Source: Cyanophora paradoxa CCMP329 | Lineage: Eukaryota; Plantae; Glaucophyta | Length of the DNA stretch: 64,000 bases | Direction of reading: 5' to 3' | Assembly (NCBI GenBank): GCA_004431415.1 | Contig: QPMI01000169.1 | Span: 124,001-188,000 of the forward strand | Part shown: piece after piece, positions 58,073-64,000 of the stretch | Numbering within the stretch: the stretch's first letter is position 1 | Layout: each line of letters starts with the position of its first letter | Position numbers and translations under genes: made by a program | Notes under the pieces: generated by a model | The model's database searches: none | Told to the model about the DNA's origin: nothing | Seen by the model: the letters and a program-made list of their open reading frames with translations, nothing else

Positions 58073-61000
58073 ATGGAGGTGGAGCCGCCTGACCGCGGCC
58101 AAGGCCCCGGGCCGCCCGGAGGGGCCGGTCCTGCGGCGGTGCAACAGGCCGCCGCCGGCCATCTCACAGCCGCGCCGGCCAGCGGCGGTGCAACCCCTGA
58201 CACGGAGATGGACACAGCCAACACGAACGTCGAGGCCTCCGCCGCGCCGCCAGCAGCCGCGCTGGCCGCGCCTGTCTTCGACATTCGGGTCATCGCACCG
58301 AACGAGCTCACAGACTTCGAGCGCATCGGAAAAGGATCATACGGTAAGTCGCCGCAGCGGCGCTGGCTTGTGTGTGGAGCTGTGCGACCGCTGGTCGTGC
58401 TGTACGGACGCTAGATCACCCGACCCGCCAACCGCGCCCGGCAACCGCACCCGCCGCCCAATGCGCGCCGCGCAGGTTACGTGGAAAAGTGCAAGCATCG
58501 TGGCCGGGTGCGACGGCCGAGTCCCGATGTGCCCTGGAGGTGCTAATGTTCTTCGGCCAGCTCGTGGCGTGCAAGTTCTTCGAGGGCGCCTACGACGAGG
58601 AGCGGCGGGAGTTGTTCGAGACGGAGGCGAGGCTGCTGGCGTCGGTCCGCTCGCCGTCGATCGTCGCGCTGTACGGGTGGCACATCTCGGAGGCGAGGTG
58701 GTACATCGTGACGGAGCTGATGCAGTGGTCCCTCGCCGACGTCCTGCACTCGCGCGCGAGCGTCGAGAAGAAGGAGAAGGCCCCGCTCGCCGAGCTCACC
58801 CCGCTCGACAAGGTCCCGCCCCGCCCGCCCCCGCCCCCACTGCCCCGCCCGCCGCCCCGGCCCACGGCTGCGGCAGGTCCGCCTGCTGCTCTCCATCGCC
58901 GCGGCGCTCGCCGACGTCCACGCCTGCGGCATCGCGCACCGCGTGCGTTCGGCGCCCGGCCGCGCCGCCCCCGCCGCCGCCGCCTCCGACGTGCGGGGCA
59001 GGACCTCAAGTCGGCGAACGTGCTGGTGAACCTCGCCCAGAAGCGCGGCGGGGCCGGCAAGGGCATCAAGGAGGCCAAGCTCGCCGACTTCGGGTCGTCG
59101 GTGCTGGCCGGGGGCGACGAGGGGCGGGAGCGCGTCTTCGGGACGCTGCAGTACATGCCCCCCGAGGTCTTCAAGGCGGGCGCCCCCGCCTCGGGCCGCT
59201 TCGCCATCGACATGTACTCGTTCGGCACCCTCTGCTGGGAGGTCTGGACCCGCCAGGTCTGCCCCGCCCGCCCCGCCCCGCCCGCCCCCCGGGGGGCTGA
59301 CCCCGCGCAGGTTCCCTACAGGGGCCGCTTCGACACGGACGAGCTGCTCATGGCGTTCATCATCGGGCAGCTGGGGTCGGGGAGGGCCCTCCCGCACGCG
59401 CTCCCGGAGGACGCGCCGCCGGACCTGAGGGGCCTGCTGCTGGCCTGCTGGAGCGTGCGCCCCGAGCTGCGGCCGACGGCGCTGCAGGCCCACGAGGCTC
59501 TCTCCGCCCTCGAGCGGGCCCTCACGCCGGCCCCCGCCCCGCCCCACTCCATCCCCGCCATCTCCTCCCGCTCCTGCTCCTCCGCCTCCTTCGGTCCGCC
59601 CCGCCCCCCCGTGCCGCGTGCCGCCCCGCCCCGCCCGCCTCACCGCCGCCGCGCGCAGCCTCCGAGGGCGCGCTCAGCGCGGCGGCGGGGACGGCGCGGA
59701 GGGAGGCGCGGCCCTTGGCCGTGCTGTCGGTGCAGCCGCCGTGCTGCGCCGTGCGCGGGCCGCGCGAGTGGCGGGTGACCCTGGAGGGCGCCGAGGGCCT
59801 CCTCCCGCCCGGCCCCGACCCCTCCGCCCCGACCTCTCCCGCCTGGGCCTCGAGCTCCGCGTCGAGCAGAGGACGATCCCCAGGCGCGGCCGCGCCGCCC
59901 CCGCCCCGCCGGCCCCGCCGCCCCCGCCCCCGGGTACAAGCTGGCGAGGCTGCTGCGCGTGCTCCCCTCGCCGGCCTCGGAGCGGCTCCAGCTGGCCGTC
60001 CAGGCCCCCTCCCTCGACAACTACGGCCCCTACACCCTCACCGCCGAGGCCGGCCCCGCCCTCTCCGCCCGCTACCCAAACCCCCTCTACGCATGTCCGC
60101 CCCCCGCCCCGCCCCGCCCCGCCCCCGGCCCCGCGGTTCCAAGCGCCGCCCGCAGGCGAGCTCTCCTTTGACCCTCCCTTCGCCCCCATGTCTTCGGCCG
60201 CATCCTCGAGTTCCGGTGCGCGGCTCGCTCGGGCGCCGCGCGGCGGCCGCGGGCCGGCGGCGAGGCGGGGCGGGGCGGCAGGGTGCGGCTGCGGCCGGCG
60301 GACTTCGTGGCGGGGAAGGCGGTGCGCGTGTACCTCAGCGACGGGGCGGCGTGCAGCGTCGCCGTGGCGCCCCTCGCCGACACCGCCGCCGGCGAAGACT
60401 ACGTCCAGCTCGAGCTCTGGCCCGAGGGGCAGCCGCCCCGCGGCGGCCGCCGCTTCCACATCGCCGCCGAGCTCATCCCCCACCCCGGCGACGAAATGAT
60501 GTACCCCGGCCCCGACGTCCCCCGGGTCGCGTGTGCGTGACCGCTGCGCCCGCCCCGGGCGGCCCCATGGTGGGCCCCTCACGCCGGGGGGGCCCCGCAG
60601 CCTTCCGCGACGCGACCCCCGCGGGGCCGGGGGAGGCCCCCGGGCAGGGGTACGGGGCCGGGGCGCCCAGCGGGGACCTCCCCGCGGCCTCGCCGGGGCG
60701 GCTGCTCGAGGTGCACCTCTCGACGGGGGAGCTCCACCACACGCGCCTCAACCTCCGCGCCCTCGAGTTCCCCTCCTCCGAGCCCCCCGTGCGCCCGCCC
60801 CGGGGCGCCCCGAGCCGCGCGGGAGGCTGAGGGGCGGGGGCGCAGCAGCAGCGGGCGCGCCTGGCGCCGCGCTTCGAGGAGCTGCTGGGGGTGCACGCCG
60901 GCCTCGCCTGCTTCGAGGCCTTCGAGTCCCCCGAGGACGTCCCCAGGGGCGGCCTCGAGGCCTTCGCCGCCTTCACCGGCAAGCACGCCGCCGAGCTCGA

Positions 61001-61091
61001 GTCCCAGCTCGCCCTCGCCGGCCCCTCCCGGCCCCCGCCCCGCCCGGGGCCCGTCCCCGGGTTCCAGCCCTCCTCGAACACCGAGTTCTAG
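58073..61091 (+). CDS. Tyrosine-kinase-like (TKL) protein kinase with unrecognised C-terminal extension
   Basis: IGKGSYG, VACK, HR|DLKSANVLV, KLADFG, GTLQYMPPE, DMYSFGTLCWE, ACWSVRPELRP. Confidence 0.9.
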
Positions 61092-61362
61092 CCGCCCCTT
61101 CCCCTCCCGCCGCCCCTCGCGCGCGGCCCTTTTTACCCCTTCGCTTTCTTTTTGTTCGGCAGTTCGCAGACCAGATACAGTCCTAGGCCTATTTTCAAGA
61201 TTGGTTTCTTTTTCAGTGCCGCGCGCGCCACACTCCAGCCGGGTGCTCAAAGCTCGCTGGTCGGGCAAGCAGGAAATGCATTGGGCACACGTTTCACAAA
61301 TAGACACGCGCCGCCGCCGCGAGCGACGTGGTGACACTCGGGGTCCCGGCGCGGACGGGCGC

Positions 61363-62936
61363 TTAGATCTGCGGGTGGGCGGGGGGCGTGAGGGGGCGCG
61401 CGGGCCGCGTGACTTGGGCGGGGCGGGGCGGACCCAGGCGTCGACCTCCTCGGCCTGCACCTCGAGCTCCGCCGCCTCGCCGGCTGCGCCCCGCCCGCCT
61501 CAGGCCAGCCAGGCAGAGCAGAGCAGAGCGAGGCGGGGAGGGGCGGCGGGGGCGCGGACCGAGGTCGGCGTCGGGGCCGCCGGCGGCGGACTCGGCGGGG
61601 AGGGCGTCGAAGGCGTCGGCGTCCACCGTCGCCCCCTCCACGTCCTCCTCCCGCATGATCCGCTGCGCCCAGGGGGCGTCAAAGGGGGGGGCGGGGGGGC
61701 CTCGGGGAGCGGGGCGCACGGGGGCGCGGGCGACGAACTGGCCGCCGCCGCAGGTGTTGCAGGTCATGGGGACGCCGCACGAGGCGACGCCGGCGGCCTT
61801 GGCGTTGTAGAAGGCCTCGCGCAGCGCGTCCATCTCCCAGCTGTGCACGGCGTGGTCGCGGCAGGAGGTGTGGATGCCGCCGCCGTGCGCCGTCAGCCGG
61901 ATCAGCTCCGAGTCGGGCTTCGCCGCCGGGATCGCCACCGGGTGCGCCGCCATCGCGTACTCCCCGATCGGCTGCGCGGCGGGAGCTCGAACCCGGGGCA
62001 CGGCGGGGGCGCGGCGGGGGCGCAGTGCGCACGAGCGAAGCGACGCCGAAGTCGTCGGCGGCGACGACTGCGCACGAGGGCTCGGGGGAGGGCGGGGGCA
62101 GGGGGGGGGGGGGGCGGCGGGGCGGGGCGCACGCTCGTCGTCGGCGACGAGCTGCGTGAACGAGTCGAGCTCAGCGGCCGGCACGCTCTGGCCCTCCGCG
62201 TCCATCTCCGCCAGGCAGTGGCCAGCCGAGCGCACGACCGGCGGCCCGCAGACGGGCGCCGGGGCGGCGCAGCCGCAGGACGGCTGGGCGTAGACGAAAT
62301 GCTGCGGCTGGTGCATCGCGCGCACGTAGTCCATGTCCTCGGAGTGGACCACGGCTGCCGGCGCCCGACCTCGGGCGCTGCGCCGGGCGGGGCGGGGCGG
62401 GCGGGGCGGGGCGCACTGCCGCAGCGGTAGGTGACGCCGCGGGCGAAGCCGGTCTCGCGGACGAACTCCGCGTGCTGGGGCGCAATCGGCTCGTGCGCGT
62501 GGCCCGCCTCGCCTGCCGCACGGCCCCCGCGTCGGGCGGAGCGGCGCGGCGCGGCGGGGAGGGAGGGCGGCGGACCGAGCGGGAGGGAGGCGTATTGGGC
62601 GTCAGCCAGGGGGAGGGAGGCCTGCGACATCCTGCGCGGCGGCGTCAGCCATCTGTCGAACATCCGTCACCACGCAGAGGCCCCCGGCCGGTCTATCACG
62701 CAGACGCCGATATGCTGGCGGCATCCTCCACAAGGGCCGGCTGCGGTCCTAAAGACGAGCTGGGCCCGGAAATGCTCCTCCGAATGGTCCTAGCGGAAAC
62801 TACGGTTGCTCGTGCGCCCGAAAAGCTGATGTCCGGATGCGCAAACAAAACCGCCCAGACAACGCCGAGCCGCCGACGCGGTTGCAGGAACCGGAACCCG
62901 GGGACCGGCCCAAAATGCTAAAACGAAGGTCGTCAT
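61363..62936 (-). CDS. Orphan His/Cys-containing protein, possibly with plastid presequence
   Basis: Coding-like exons (HSEDMDYVRAMHQPQHFVYAQPSCGC, HTSCRDHAVHSWEMDALREAFYNAK..CNTCGG) with typical introns; candidate start MTTFVLAF at 62936 needs a frameshift or intron to connect. Confidence 0.55.
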
Positions 62937-63170
62937 CGTGTCGGAGACTGCAGACCGGGCGGATGGGCCCGCAAGATGACAACCGTTACTAGACCCGTCC
63001 CGCCACCCAATCGCTAATGCGATGACAAACCCTCTCCTACGTTCGGAGCACGAAGCAACCGCGCGCGGCACTCGCCTGATGGTGGGTGCCGCGAATTCGA
63101 TGACGACGACCTGTACCCGGGCTAAATCGGCGCAGCGGTTTGAAGCGAGCATTCAGGCGGTGAAGCGAGC

Positions 63171-64000
63171 ATGGCGACCAAGGAGAAGGTATGGCTGCCG
63201 TTAGAGTCCAACCCGGAGGTGATGAACAAGGCACGTCAGCCCCGCCGATGCCGGCGGCCCATCCCGCCGATGCCGGCGTCCCGCGCGTCGCTGAGCGGCC
63301 GCGCAACCCGCTGACGGCCTGTACGCAGTTCCTTAAGCAACTCGGAGTTACCACGGATGCGTACAGCTTCACAGACATTCTGGGTTCGCTTGCCGCATAC
63401 GAATGCGCCGCGCCTAGCCTCACGCCACTCTCCAACGTGTGCTCATAAACCTGGCATTACGCTTTGCTCATGTATACATCGGCAGGAACTGATCCGGACT
63501 TGCTGGCGCGTTGACCCGTCGCGCGCCGAGCCGCCGCCCCCGCTGACCGGGCCGGCTCGCAGGCCATGGTGCCGCAGCCGGTGCTGGCGGTGCTGCTGCT
63601 CTTCCCGCTTAGCGCAAAGATCGAGGCGGCGAAGGACGCGTTCGCGGAGGGCGCGACGCGCAAGCACGACGAGCACGGCCTCCTCTTCATCAAGCAGACC
63701 ATCGGGTGCGTTGCGAGGTGGTGGCACCGTCGTCAGAGACGTCAATGTTAATCGCTGGTGTTAGGAACGCGTGCGGGACCATCGGCCTCCTGCACGCCAC
63801 CGCCAACAACGCGGACGCGCTGTCCCGTGCGCCCCGCCGGCCGCAGGCCCCGTGCAGGCTCCAGACGCGGGGGCGCAGCGGCGGGGTACCTGAAGAACTT
63901 TATGGAGAAGGCGCGGGGGTCGACGCCGCAGGAGCGGGCGGCGTTCCTGCAGGAGGACGACGAGATCGAGCACCTGCACGAGGCGCTCGCCAATGAGGGC
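63171..64000 (+). CDS. UCHL3: Ubiquitin C-terminal hydrolase, peptidase C12 (UCH-L3-like); truncated by window end
   Basis: WLPLESNPEVMNK, MVPQPVLAVLLLFP, FIKQTIG|NACGTIGLLHA (catalytic Cys). Confidence 0.93.

Noticed and set aside
1-64000. Introns as a recently spread Introner family
   Set aside because: They share composition and short motifs but not alignable near-identical sequence or constant length, and I saw no consistent terminal inverted repeats or target duplications.
1-64000. Bacterial contig or operon (polA, pgsA, purF, CofE-like)
   Set aside because: All carry spliceosomal introns and presequences and are interspersed with kinesin, ubiquitin-system and EMC genes.
1-64000. tRNA, rRNA, snRNA genes or transposase ORFs
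   Set aside because: None recognisable by eye; a covariance-model search would be needed to exclude small RNAs.

Overview
Eukaryotic nuclear DNA, not prokaryotic. It is gene-dense and very GC-rich, with about 23 protein-coding genes split by many short (mostly ~45-90 nt) spliceosomal introns, so most long ORFs in the track are read-through or antisense artefacts. Several genes start with Phe-containing plastid-type presequences (MF.., MLAF.., MEAF.., MTSHAF..). With a cyanobacterial-type gene and the intron style, this suggests a glaucophyte such as Cyanophora paradoxa (inference). Recognisable genes: bacterial-type DNA polymerase I, a CofE/F420-0:gamma-glutamyl-ligase-like protein, TCERG1/PRP40C-like WW-FF protein, F-box protein, kinesin, carbon-nitrogen hydrolase, RING protein, EMC8/9, cyclic-nucleotide-binding cation channel, two convergent CDP-alcohol phosphatidyltransferases, GDT1/TMEM165 transporter, RAD5-like SNF2-RING helicase, purF, TUL1/FLY1-like E3 ligase, a TKL kinase and UCH-L3, plus several orphans. 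A ~4.36-kb near-identical tandem duplication spans 31825-40544. Most notable: (1) an unusual splicing code, with ~40% GC-AG introns in four hand-spliced genes, donor consensus G[T/C][G/C]CGC, C-rich 5' halves and G-rich 3' ends with no polypyrimidine tract; (2) the plastid-targeted CofE-like amide ligase, a candidate for the enzyme that adds N-acetylputrescine to glaucophyte plastid peptidoglycan; (3) intergenic spacers packed with short perfect palindromes, plus a new palindrome-forming 9-bp insertion in one duplicate copy. All gene models were spliced by eye and boundaries are approximate.
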